64,000 bases of DNA from Polyangiaceae bacterium. Its GTDB lineage: Bacteria; Myxococcota_A; Polyangia; Polyangiales; Polyangiaceae. The stretch lies in NCBI GenBank assembly GCA_044222475.1, contig JBGANF010000020.1, forward strand, positions 1 through 64,000. Direction: 5' to 3'. This document shows, in pieces, positions 9,638-18,314 of the stretch; within the stretch, counting starts at the first letter, position 1, and each line of letters starts with the position of its first letter. Under the pieces are notes generated by a model. The model saw only the letters and a list, made by a program, of their open reading frames with translations, was not told where the DNA came from and ran no database searches. Position numbers and translations under genes: made by a program.

Positions 9638-9952
9638 TCAGAAGACTTCGCAGGTCTTTTCGGAGCCGTCGGTGGGACCGGACGGATGGATCACCGCCGT
9701 CGCCACTTCCTCGTTCTCGACCGGATAGCAGCAGCGCGTCACTTCCGACGGCGTTGCCTGCGCGTCGCACGAATAGAACGTCTCGCGCGGGCCTTCCTTG
9801 ACGGCGTAGGTCCAGTCGTTGACCCGACGGATCGTGAACTGGCCGGTCGCCGAGCGCGGGGTCGCGGCTTTGACCACGACCGTTTCGTAATCGCCCGCGA
9901 GCGAGCAACCGGCGACGGTGCCCAAAACAAGGAGAGCCTGGAACGCCTTCAT
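9638..9952 (-). CDS. Small hypothetical lipoprotein
   Basis: MKAFQALLVLGTVAGC lipobox; several Cys. Confidence 0.65.
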   Translation of the reverse strand: MKAFQALLVLGTVAGCSLAGDYETVVVKAATPRSATGQFTIRRVNDWTYAVKEGPRETFYSCDAQATPSEVTRCCYPVENEEVATAVIHPSGPTDGSEKTCEVF

Positions 9953-10072
9953 CCCCGCGCCGCGAAGCAATCGTCATGCCTCGAACGAAACACCATTTCA
10001 CTCGATCGACTCGAACTACCGTGTCGCGCTGTTCACGCCAGCGTCGTGGCCAAGCGCCCGCAGGCCCACTCC

Positions 10073-10117
10073 CCCCAAAATCCTTCCGTCCTTCCGCCCT
10101 TCCTGTTCTCTCCTCTG
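10073..10117 (-). repeat. Dispersed repeat, right arm of inverted pair with 8500-8544
   Basis: CCCCAAAATCCTTCCGTCCTTCCGCCCTTCCTGTTCTCTCCTCTG. Confidence 0.85.
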
Positions 10118-10124
10118 CGGAGCG

Positions 10125-10859
10125 TCACGGAACGATCGAGTGATTCGTCAGCGTCGCCGTCGCTCGCAGGTGCCTGCGCACGAAGAGGATCCCGCCCGCC
10201 GCTTCCATGTCGATCTTCGAGATCATCGGCCCCAGGCTGGTGCTCGCTCCGAAGGTCAGCTGCGCGTGCACCCAGTCCATCACCGACGGCGGCTTCGTCA
10301 GCTTGAAGCCGGAGCTCAGGACCGTGCCGGCCACGGTGTCGACCCACGCCGAGCCTTCGATCGTGTCGTCTTCGCGGATCTTCGGGACGAACGCGATCTG
10401 GACCCGCGTCGGGATCGTGCCGTCGACCGCGATCTGATCGAAGTAGTAGCGAGGCTGCTCGCCGGTGTGGAACGGCATCCGGAAGTCGCGCTTCTTCGGG
10501 GCGCTCGGCGACGCGGGCTTCTGGTCGGCGTCCTTCGCCTTCGCCTGCACGTCCGCCGTCTTGTCCTGGCCGTTCTCGAGGTACTTGAGGACCGCGAAGT
10601 GGAGCTTCGTCCCGTCGGCGGTGACCTGCCCGGTCATCTCGCGGGTGGTCGTCGCCACCCCGGAGCCGTCGAGCTCCTCGAGCTTGCCGGCGATGAGGAA
10701 GCTCGCGTGCGTCTTCATCGTCTCGAAGCTCGCGGCGTGGACCGCGAGCCTCGCCATCACGTCCGGCGCGGGCGTCGTCGCGCGCGCGATCCGCGGGATC
10801 GCGAACGAGAGCGCGCCGCCGGCCGTGGCGATCAGGACGTTCCGTCGAGAGACTCGCAT
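10125..10859 (-). CDS. Hypothetical Tat-exported protein
   Basis: SRRNVL twin-arginine motif, hydrophobic stretch, ARA cleavage site. Confidence 0.75.
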   Translation of the reverse strand: MRVSRRNVLIATAGGALSFAIPRIARATTPAPDVMARLAVHAASFETMKTHASFLIAGKLEELDGSGVATTTREMTGQVTADGTKLHFAVLKYLENGQDKTADVQAKAKDADQKPASPSAPKKRDFRMPFHTGEQPRYYFDQIAVDGTIPTRVQIAFVPKIREDDTIEGSAWVDTVAGTVLSSGFKLTKPPSVMDWVHAQLTFGASTSLGPMISKIDMEAAGGILFVRRHLRATATLTNHSIVP

Positions 10860-10933
10860 CGACGAAGCATGCTTCGAGAGACGTCCTCCGGCAACGCCGG
10901 GAACTTTCGTCGAGCGACGTTTGACACAACTTC

Positions 10934-11626
10934 ATGATTCGCCGGCTGGGGCCCGTGTTCCTCGTCCTCGTCTGCGTCGCGTGCCGCTCGAGCGCGGTCC
11001 CGGCCGAGACGCACACGGTGCTCGCGAGCGCGGCCACGCTCGTTGCGTTCGAGGGCGAGCTCCAGACGACGGCGACCTCCGGGAGCGGCGCACCGATGGG
11101 GACGCGCACCTACTCGTTGAAGGCCGGGCGCATGCGGATCGACGACGACTCCGTGCCCGGCGATCCCACGACCTTCATCGACGACTTCGACGCGAAGACG
11201 ATCGTCGTCCTCCACCCCGCCGAGCGGAGCTTCGAGCCGAGCACGCCCAACGAAGCGGGCGCCGCCGTCGCGCCTCGCACGCCGAAGATCGACAAAGCCG
11301 GCACGACGGATCGGGTGTCGGGGTTCGAGTGCCAGATCTGGCGCGTCACCGATTCGAGAGAGCGCACCGAGCTCTGCGTCGCGTCGGGGCTCTGGTTTCG
11401 CACGCTCGACCCGCGCATTCGCGTCACGCTGAGCTCGCTCGGCGTCGCCGACGAAGCCTTCGAGGACGGCTCGTTCCCGGTGCGCGCGCGAACGCTCGAC
11501 GCGACCGGGCGCGTGACGTGGACGGTGACCGTCACCCACATCACGCGAAGGTCGATCGACGACGCGGCGTTCGCGGTCCCACCGGGGTACGTGCCGAAGA
11601 CGGACTTCGGGTTCGGATTCCACTAG
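10934..11626 (+). CDS. Lipoprotein, DUF4412-like
   Basis: CVAC lipobox; GRMRID, KAGTTDRVSGFECQIW, AAFAVPPGY. Confidence 0.7.
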   Translation: MIRRLGPVFLVLVCVACRSSAVPAETHTVLASAATLVAFEGELQTTATSGSGAPMGTRTYSLKAGRMRIDDDSVPGDPTTFIDDFDAKTIVVLHPAERSFEPSTPNEAGAAVAPRTPKIDKAGTTDRVSGFECQIWRVTDSRERTELCVASGLWFRTLDPRIRVTLSSLGVADEAFEDGSFPVRARTLDATGRVTWTVTVTHITRRSIDDAAFAVPPGYVPKTDFGFGFH

Positions 11627-12384
11627 GGCGCGCGAAGATCTCCGAGCCGGTGCTGCACGATGGCGAGGCCGGCGAACACCGCGGTTTCCGCCCGCAGCAC
11701 GCGCGCGCCGAGGGCGAGCGTTCGCGCTCCGGCCTTCGCCAGCGCGTCGCGCTCGCGGTCCGACCAGCCGCCTTCGGGCCCCACCGCGAGAGCGTAGGCG
11801 CCCTCGCGGGGCAGACCCTCGAACGGGTCGCCCGCCTCCGGACGATCATCCATCGAGAAGCGCGCGGTCGCTCGCGTCCACCACGGCGCGTCGATCGCCT
11901 GGGCGAACGGCATCATCGCGAGGACCTCGGGCACGCTCGCGCGCCGGCACTGCTTCGCTCCTTTGATCGCCTGGGTCGGCCACGCCCACGGCTTCTCCTT
12001 GTCGAGGTCGGCGGGCTTCACGCTGTGATCGGACCAAACCGGCACGATCCGCACGCAGCCGAGCTCGGTCGCCTTCTGGATCACGACGAGCATGCGTTGC
12101 CGCGCGAGCACCGCGCAGACGAGCGTGATCCGCGCCGGGGACTCCGTCGAGCCGGTCATGCGTTCGTAGACGAGCGCGCGGTCCGGCTCCTTGCGGCTCG
12201 CGCGGAAGAACGTGCCCTCCGCGTCGACGACGGTGAAGGCCTCCTTCACGTTCACCTCCCGAAACGCGAGCTGCTTCTGGGCGAGGTCGCCCAGCGTGAT
12301 CACCTGATCCACGGCGATCCTCGCATCGAGGCGGATCGGGGCGAGCCACTCGGCCGGTGGGCGCGGGTTCCGAGGACCGGACAT
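11623..12384 (-). CDS. rsmE: 16S rRNA m3U1498 methyltransferase RsmE family
   Basis: IQKATELG, AKQCRR, VGPEGGWS, LGARVLRAETA. Confidence 0.9.
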   Translation of the reverse strand: MSGPRNPRPPAEWLAPIRLDARIAVDQVITLGDLAQKQLAFREVNVKEAFTVVDAEGTFFRASRKEPDRALVYERMTGSTESPARITLVCAVLARQRMLVVIQKATELGCVRIVPVWSDHSVKPADLDKEKPWAWPTQAIKGAKQCRRASVPEVLAMMPFAQAIDAPWWTRATARFSMDDRPEAGDPFEGLPREGAYALAVGPEGGWSDRERDALAKAGARTLALGARVLRAETAVFAGLAIVQHRLGDLRAP

Positions 12385-12424
12385 GGGCGGCTTCTACCAC
12401 GCACCGAAATCGGCCGAGGAGGCC

Positions 12425-12453
12425 TTGCATACAGACCGACTAGTCTGTATGGT
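12425..12453 (+). promoter_or_regulatory. sigma70-type promoter overlapped by a palindromic TetR operator
   Basis: TTGCAT-N17-TATGGT; perfect inverted repeat CATACAGAC-N6-GTCTGTATG (12428-12451). Confidence 0.75.
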
Positions 12454-12459
12454 ATGCGC

Positions 12460-13056
12460 ATGGCCAGGGTGTATCCGAGCGCGCGGGAGCGCATCCTCGA
12501 CGCGGTCGAGCGCGTGATCCTTCGGGACGGTCCGAGCGCCGTCAGCGTCGACGCCGTGCTCCGCGAGGCCGAGATCAGCAAGGGCGGCTTCTTCCACCAC
12601 TTCGCCACCAAAGAGGCGCTGCTGGCGGCGGTCACGGAGCGACTCGCCGCGCACGTCGGCGTCGAAGCGCAGAAGGCCGCTGCGCGGGATCCGGTGCGTC
12701 ACGGCCGGTCACTGCGGGCGCAGATCGCGATCGCGTTCGACATGCCCCCCGCCGAGCGCGAGCGCACGCGCGCGCTCGTCCTCGCGCTCATCGGCGCCGC
12801 GATGGACGGGCCCGCCGTGCGCGAGAGCGCGCGCGCCGCCAACGAAGAGTCCGTCGCGCAGTCGACCGCCGAGGGGGTCGACGTCGGGGCCGCGCTCGTC
12901 GTGCAGCTCGCGCTCGACGGGTACTTCCTCGCCGAGTCGCTCGGCACGACCAAGCTCGATGCGGCGCGCAAAGCGGCGTTCAAGAAGACGCTGCTCGCGC
13001 TCACCGTGGGTCCAGGCACGCAGCAGAAACGAAAGGTGCGCCATCATGTCCGCTGA
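12460..13056 (+). CDS. TetR/AcrR family regulator
   Basis: ARERILDAV...EAEISKGGFFHHFATKEALL helix-turn-helix; alternative ATG at 12454. Confidence 0.92.
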   Translation: MARVYPSARERILDAVERVILRDGPSAVSVDAVLREAEISKGGFFHHFATKEALLAAVTERLAAHVGVEAQKAAARDPVRHGRSLRAQIAIAFDMPPAERERTRALVLALIGAAMDGPAVRESARAANEESVAQSTAEGVDVGAALVVQLALDGYFLAESLGTTKLDAARKAAFKKTLLALTVGPGTQQKRKVRHHVR

Positions 13057-13333
13057 AGCGAAAGAGTCGCCGTTCTTCTCCCGCCGCCGCGTCGCGATCG
13101 GGGCGATGTGCATCCAGTTCCTCGCGCTCGTGAGGACCCTCGCCGAGGTGATTCGTCTTCGGTCCGAGCTCACCATGCAGACGGCGATGCCGTTCGTCGC
13201 CGCCGCGCTCGTGACCTCGATCCTGGCGTGGCTCGGGGTGATGTTCTTCGCCTCCGGGCGGGAGCGGGTGACGAGCGTCGTCGGCGGGCTGACGGTGGTG
13301 GTGCTGCTCGCGATCAAAGCCGTCGCGATGTGA
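13046..13333 (+). CDS. Small membrane protein
   Basis: Three hydrophobic segments; overlaps the tetR 3' end. Confidence 0.7.
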   Translation: MSAEAKESPFFSRRRVAIGAMCIQFLALVRTLAEVIRLRSELTMQTAMPFVAAALVTSILAWLGVMFFASGRERVTSVVGGLTVVVLLAIKAVAM

Positions 13334-13487
13334 GTTTCACGAAAGTCACATCCGGGTCGTCAGTCCGTGACGCGTGGCCCGTATGTTCCCATCACAGGAC
13401 GACGCCGATGTTCGATCTACATGTCGACGTCGCCCGAAGATTTTCAGCTCCGACGCGTGCATCCCGCCGCGCGAGCTCTCCACATTA

Positions 13488-13590
13488 GGCAGTCAGCAAC
13501 CGAGCTCGTCGTACAAGCACAATCCCTGCAAAGGAATCCATGCCCAAACCCGCAAGGGTGCGGGCACGACGTGCTCACTCGCTGGCTACC
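13488..13590 (+). ncRNA. Structured ncRNA 1 (Y-RNA-like paralogue without tRNA domain)
   Basis: Closing stem GGCAGTCAGC/GCTGGCTACC, inner stem CGTCGT/ACGACG, two GCAA-tetraloop hairpins; shares CCGAGC-N6-TACANGCACAAT and CTCACTCG with ncRNA 2. Confidence 0.6.
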
Positions 13591-13596
13591 GAAGTT

Positions 13597-13792
13597 TTCT
13601 CCGCGCTCACCCGAGCAGGCCCTACACGCACAATGAAAATGCCGTCGGTTCGAATCCGACTCGAGGCACCGCGCTCTGGTTTCGCTGCATCACTTGGCGA
13701 TTCGGAAGAGCGCCAAACGACCCATGCCTCGGTAGCTCAGCGGTAGAGCATTTCAATAGGAACTTGCGGCTTTCTCACTCGGGCGCGGGAAG
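13597..13792 (+). ncRNA. Y RNA (YrlA-like) with circularly permuted tRNA-like domain
   Basis: T-arm GTCGG-TTCGAAT-CCGAC (13644-60) precedes D-arm GCTC-AGCGGTA-GAGC (13735-49); acceptor stem TCGAGGC (13661-67)/GCCTCGG (13726-32); ends pair (TCCGCG/CGCGGG); lies just upstream of a helical+vWA gene. Confidence 0.8.
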
Positions 13793-13817
13793 TTTTTCAC
13801 GATAGGCTCGGTTCGCC

Positions 13818-15578
13818 ATGACCCAGCGAAACGCACCGCCCCTCCCTGAGGCGCAGATGGGACCCGCCGAGCGCATGCTCGGCATCATCCTCAACTCGTC
13901 GGCGCACCTCTGGCACAACCGGCCCGGGATCGACAACGGCGGCGTCTGGTCGCCGGCGCGGAGCAAGGGAAAGAAGCCCGGCCGCGGCGGAACGCCGGTC
14001 GCGCCGGGTTTGTTCGTACCCGCCGCGAAGAAGCTCTACGAAGAGCTGCTCGCCATCTACGACCTCAACGCCGACCTGATGGCGCACTTCGCCAGCTACG
14101 CTCTCACCGAGACGGACTGGCGCGACCTCAAGGTCGCGTGCGCCGCGCTGATGCTCGTGCAGAAACGCTCGGGTCAACCGGTCAAGGACGACGACGGCAG
14201 CGTCGCCTTCCACGACGACGACTACCGCGCCATCGGCGAGGCGATGATCTTGCACTATGCAAAGAAGTCGCCGCGCATGCTCACGCCGAAGGGCGTCTTG
14301 CGAGTGGCCGAGCTCCTCGAAGAGCCCGAGATCGCCAAGCTGAACCGCAAGGCCGGCTTCGCCGACCCTGCGTCGAAGAACCCGCCGCTCGGGCGCTGGG
14401 CGCGCGCCGCGACGAAGTGGCTGCGCCTGCGCGAGAAGAACCTGCCGATGCTGCAGGGCCTCGTGAAGGCCGGCTACAAGGAGACGATCAAGAAGATCGC
14501 CCGCAAGTGCGGCTACAAGCCCGAGACGCAGGCGTTCTTCGAGCTGCTCGGGTGGAAGCAGAGCCAGGCCAAGGGCGGGCACCGACAGATCGGGCTCACC
14601 GGGCTCAAGCTCGAGAAGACCGATCGCCTCGACGGTCTCTCCGAGGCCGAGATCTGCGAGATGATCGAGACGCAGAAGCTCTCCTACAAGGAGACGGTCG
14701 GCCGCTTGCCCAAGGGCACCGGCATGACCGCCGCGATCCTGGCCGCGCTGCTCCCGTCGCTGTCGGACAAGGACCTCCGCATGCTCACGCCGACGCTCGA
14801 AGAGCTCGGGCTCATGGCCGATGCCGACGTGCGCGCGCGGTGGGAGAAGGCGATCTCCACCGCCGACGACCAGCGCTCGCTCAACGTCGCGAAGAACGTG
14901 AAGAGCAAGGAGCTCAAGGAGAAGCTGGAAGGCGCGGCCGACGTCGCCGCCCGTCGTGCCGTCGCCGAGGCGACGAAGGACGCGGACGTCCACGTGATGT
15001 TCCTGATCGACAAGTCGGGCTCGATGTCCGGCGCGATCGAGGCGTCGAAGAACGCGCTCGTGAAGATCCTCGCCGGCTTCCCGGCCGACAAGCTCCACAT
15101 CGCCAGCTTCGACACCATTGGTACCGTTTTGGTACCGAAGGCCCCAACGCGCGCGGCCGTCACCCACATGCTCACCGGCATCAAGGCCGGCGGCGGGACG
15201 GTGCACGGCGCGGCGCTGCACGCGCTCCACGGCGCTGGCGTGCGCATCCCGGCCGACGCGAAGCTCATCGTGCTCGTCGTCGGCGACGAAGCAGGTGAGA
15301 GCGGTCCCGCGCTCGCGGCGTCGTTCAAGCACTACGGCTACGCGCCGGCGGCGATCGGGCTGATCCTCAGTGTGTCGTCGGGGCGGGGGAGCACCGTGCG
15401 CACGTGCGCGGTCGACCTCGGGGTGCCGTTCTCGCTCGTCGAGATCGAGGGCTTCGACGATCCGTACCAGGTCCCGCGCGTCCTCAAGGCGCTGCTCGAA
15501 GCCCCGATCGCGACCGGCATGCGCACGTCGGCCTGGGTCGAGAAGGTCATGGCGACCAAGCTGCTTACTGCGCGCTGA
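13818..15578 (+). CDS. vWA-domain protein, probable divergent Ro60/TROVE-like RNA-binding protein
   Basis: C-terminal vWA with MIDAS (FLIDKSGSM, GGGT, VVGDE); ~390-aa basic, helical-looking N-terminus; adjacent Y-RNA-like genes. Confidence 0.75.
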   Translation: MTQRNAPPLPEAQMGPAERMLGIILNSSAHLWHNRPGIDNGGVWSPARSKGKKPGRGGTPVAPGLFVPAAKKLYEELLAIYDLNADLMAHFASYALTETDWRDLKVACAALMLVQKRSGQPVKDDDGSVAFHDDDYRAIGEAMILHYAKKSPRMLTPKGVLRVAELLEEPEIAKLNRKAGFADPASKNPPLGRWARAATKWLRLREKNLPMLQGLVKAGYKETIKKIARKCGYKPETQAFFELLGWKQSQAKGGHRQIGLTGLKLEKTDRLDGLSEAEICEMIETQKLSYKETVGRLPKGTGMTAAILAALLPSLSDKDLRMLTPTLEELGLMADADVRARWEKAISTADDQRSLNVAKNVKSKELKEKLEGAADVAARRAVAEATKDADVHVMFLIDKSGSMSGAIEASKNALVKILAGFPADKLHIASFDTIGTVLVPKAPTRAAVTHMLTGIKAGGGTVHGAALHALHGAGVRIPADAKLIVLVVGDEAGESGPALAASFKHYGYAPAAIGLILSVSSGRGSTVRTCAVDLGVPFSLVEIEGFDDPYQVPRVLKALLEAPIATGMRTSAWVEKVMATKLLTAR

Positions 15579-16549
15579 TGGTCGACTACCGGAAGTTCCT
15601 CGGGAAGACCGAAGAGCTCGTCCTGCCGTGGCTCGGCGGGCCGAGCATCGAGAGCAAGGATCGGCGCTTCAAGCTCACTGCTCGGCCGCCGCGGCCAGGG
15701 TGGTACCGTTGTACCCTCGTGGGACGAGTCGCGAATGCCCATGAAGCCGCGGACCCGGTGCTCGACCCGCTGCCGAAGCTGCGCGGGCATCTCCACCGCG
15801 GCTGGTTGTTCGCGGCCGGGGCGCCGCCCGAGGAGCTCTTGCTCCTCCCCGAGGACGAGGCCCAGCCGTTCCAGAGCGTCGTCGCGCGTCGCTGGCACGG
15901 GGGCGAAGCGCTCTTCGACGCGATCGACTTCGATGGCGACGCGGAGGAAGCCGTGCGACGCGCGGTGGACGACGGGACGTCGCTGCGCGACGTGAAGGGC
16001 GTCACTCCGTCACTGCGCACGGCGTACGCGTGGGAGATGGTCCGCCGCATCGCGCAGAAGGAAGAGCCGACCGAGCACGTCGGCCCGACCGAGGTCGCGC
16101 GCTTCGCGCTGGAGGTTTCCGAAGGCGGCGAGCCGGCGGCGCGCCGCGCGCTGGACGAGATCCTCCATGCGAGGCGCGGCGGGCGGATCGCCATCGCCGC
16201 CGGCGGGCGCGTCTACGTCCGCGAGGTCGTCGCCGCCGCGCGCCGCGCGCGCAAGGACGCGACGTGGGACAACGTCGAAGAGCGCGCCGAAGACGCGCTC
16301 CACGCGGCCGGAGCGCGCCTCCTCGGCATCCGGCGGATGCCCGATCAAGTCGAGGTGCGCTTTCGCTTCAGCGGCGACACGTTCGTGTGCCTCGCCGATC
16401 CGTTCACGCTGCGCATCCTGGACGCGGGGATCTGCCTCGTCGATCACGCGACGAACGAGCGGGGGGACGAAGAGCTCACCCTCGACAGTCTCCCGTCGGT
16501 GCTGCGCGAGGCGATGGACCTCGGGGCGCTGGTGCACACGCGGCACTAG
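15578..16549 (+). CDS. Hypothetical protein with C-terminal putative E2/UBC-like domain
   Basis: TGATG coupling to vWA gene; ILDAGICLVD...EELTLDSLPSVL resembles the E2 active-site region GxICL...LT[IL]. Confidence 0.6.
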   Translation: MVDYRKFLGKTEELVLPWLGGPSIESKDRRFKLTARPPRPGWYRCTLVGRVANAHEAADPVLDPLPKLRGHLHRGWLFAAGAPPEELLLLPEDEAQPFQSVVARRWHGGEALFDAIDFDGDAEEAVRRAVDDGTSLRDVKGVTPSLRTAYAWEMVRRIAQKEEPTEHVGPTEVARFALEVSEGGEPAARRALDEILHARRGGRIAIAAGGRVYVREVVAAARRARKDATWDNVEERAEDALHAAGARLLGIRRMPDQVEVRFRFSGDTFVCLADPFTLRILDAGICLVDHATNERGDEELTLDSLPSVLREAMDLGALVHTRH

Positions 16550-17430
16550 TCGCCGCGCGCGAGGCGATCGAGCAGCCCCTGCACCGCCGCGCGCACCTGC
16601 GCGTCGAGGGCTCGCACCTCGTCGTCGGTGGGCGTCGACCCGCGCGGCGGCGTCGGGACGATCGGCGTCCCAATTCGGTACCGGAGCGTCACCGGCAGCG
16701 GTACGTGCGGCCACGGTCCGATCGTGAGCCCCCACGGGATCGACACGTGGATCGGGAAGATGTCCGCCCGCGCCAGCCGATGCAGCCCCATCGCGCGGGC
16801 GATCCAGCGCCCGTCGCTCAGGACGAAGAGCGTGCTGTGCGCACCCCCGTTGGCCACCGGGACGACCGGCACGCCGAGCTCCAGCGCGAGCCTCGCGTAG
16901 CCAGTGCGCCCAGCGAACTCGACCTGGTACCGCTTGCTCCACGGTCGCCACGTGTCGCGCTCGCCTCCGGGCATGACGAGCACGTCGCGCTTGAACTCGC
17001 CCAGCGCGATGCGTGCAGACTGCATCGATGCGCGGAGGAGCCCGCGCTGCGCGAAGTAGCGGCCGGTCGTCTCGGTGCCCAGGATGATCTCGTGGGCGAG
17101 CGGGTGGATCGGCCGCTCGTAGCCGAAGTGCCGGTACCACCCCATCGCGAAGCCCCAGGCGTCCGGGATCGTCGTGCCGCCCGAGTGGTTCGAGACGAAC
17201 ATCGCCGGGGCGGCGGGGGCGTTCTCGATTCCTCGGAAATCGAGCCGGAAATAGCGTCGCGGGCCGAAGAGCACTCCGACGCGCTCGATCGTCTTGCGCG
17301 TCAGCTCGGCGTCCCACACGCCCGGGTCGGTTCCCCAGCCGTTTGCGTGCCCGTGGTGGAGCCACGTCAGCAGACGCCCTTTCTCGGGCACATCCACCGC
17401 AGGGGAGTTACCTTGAGACGACGGCGCCAT
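16546..17430 (-). CDS. Lysophospholipid/PlsC-like acyltransferase
   Basis: FVSNHSGG, VMPGG, GYARLAL, PVVPV. Confidence 0.88.
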   Translation of the reverse strand: MAPSSQGNSPAVDVPEKGRLLTWLHHGHANGWGTDPGVWDAELTRKTIERVGVLFGPRRYFRLDFRGIENAPAAPAMFVSNHSGGTTIPDAWGFAMGWYRHFGYERPIHPLAHEIILGTETTGRYFAQRGLLRASMQSARIALGEFKRDVLVMPGGERDTWRPWSKRYQVEFAGRTGYARLALELGVPVVPVANGGAHSTLFVLSDGRWIARAMGLHRLARADIFPIHVSIPWGLTIGPWPHVPLPVTLRYRIGTPIVPTPPRGSTPTDDEVRALDAQVRAAVQGLLDRLARGD

Positions 17431-18295
17431 GAGGGACGGACTTCCAGGCTACATCACCTTCGCGTTCGCGTTCGCGCTCGCGTGCGCTCCGGCGTGCGGC
17501 AGTGACGAGCCGTCCGCCCCGGTCGACGCGGGGCCGCCCAAGACGAACGCGTCGCTGCCGTTCGCCGGTGACCCGAGCGGGCTCTTCTGGGACGGCACCA
17601 CGTCGACCCTCTTCATCGCCGACGACGCGAACAACCGGGTGGCGACCTACCGCGACGCCGAGGGGTTCGGCTCCCACGTGACGCTCCCGGCCGGTGGTAC
17701 CGGATTGGGACAGCTCTTGCGACTGACCGATGGCACCGTGCTCGTCACGCGTCTCGGAACCGGAGCGAACGGAGACGTCGTCGCGGTGACCCCGGACCGC
17801 AAGAGCGCGCCGATCGCGGGCCTCGACCCAGCCCGCCTCCGAACGGGGCTCACGCTCGCTCCCGACGGCCGCATCTTCGACGCGTACACGAACGCCGCCG
17901 GTGGCTCGGTCGCCGAGTTGTCCCTTTCTGGTACCGAGATCGAGATCGTCAGCGGGCTCCAGAAGCCGAACGGTCTGCTCGCCGCCGGGGAAACGCTCGC
18001 CATCGCCGACACGGGCCAAGGGAAGCTCCTGAAGACGAAGCTCGCCGCGCTCGGACCGTTGACCCCGGGCGGCGACCTGCCGAACATCGGCCCGCTGTGC
18101 GCCGGGCCGAGCGGCACGCTCGCCGGCGCGGGAGACAGCGTGAAGTCGCTCGATGCGACCGGAACGCCGACGACGATCGCGACCGGGTTCGCAGCGGTGC
18201 GAGGTGTAGCCTACGATCCGAAATACCGAAGGATTTTCGTGGCGAACCACGTGGGATCGAGCGGCAACACGATCGAAATTCGACCGGTCCCGTGA
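17429..18295 (+). CDS. Lipoprotein, NHL/SMP-30-like beta-propeller
   Basis: APAC lipobox; PSGL, LFIADD, KPNGL, RGVAYD blades. Confidence 0.7.
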   Translation: MRDGLPGYITFAFAFALACAPACGSDEPSAPVDAGPPKTNASLPFAGDPSGLFWDGTTSTLFIADDANNRVATYRDAEGFGSHVTLPAGGTGLGQLLRLTDGTVLVTRLGTGANGDVVAVTPDRKSAPIAGLDPARLRTGLTLAPDGRIFDAYTNAAGGSVAELSLSGTEIEIVSGLQKPNGLLAAGETLAIADTGQGKLLKTKLAALGPLTPGGDLPNIGPLCAGPSGTLAGAGDSVKSLDATGTPTTIATGFAAVRGVAYDPKYRRIFVANHVGSSGNTIEIRPVP

Positions 18296-18314
18296 GCAGA
18301 CTTACGTTGCTCCG

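Noticed and set aside
10465..13056. 863-aa extended TetR ORF
   Set aside because: Overlaps three real genes; promoter and operator place the start near 12460
13644..13750. Canonical tRNA gene or prophage att fragment
   Set aside because: T-arm precedes D-arm, no anticodon loop, no integrase nearby; halves pair as a permuted unit
13367..13805. Short ORFs over the ncRNA region
   Set aside because: No recognisable motifs; better explained by RNA structure
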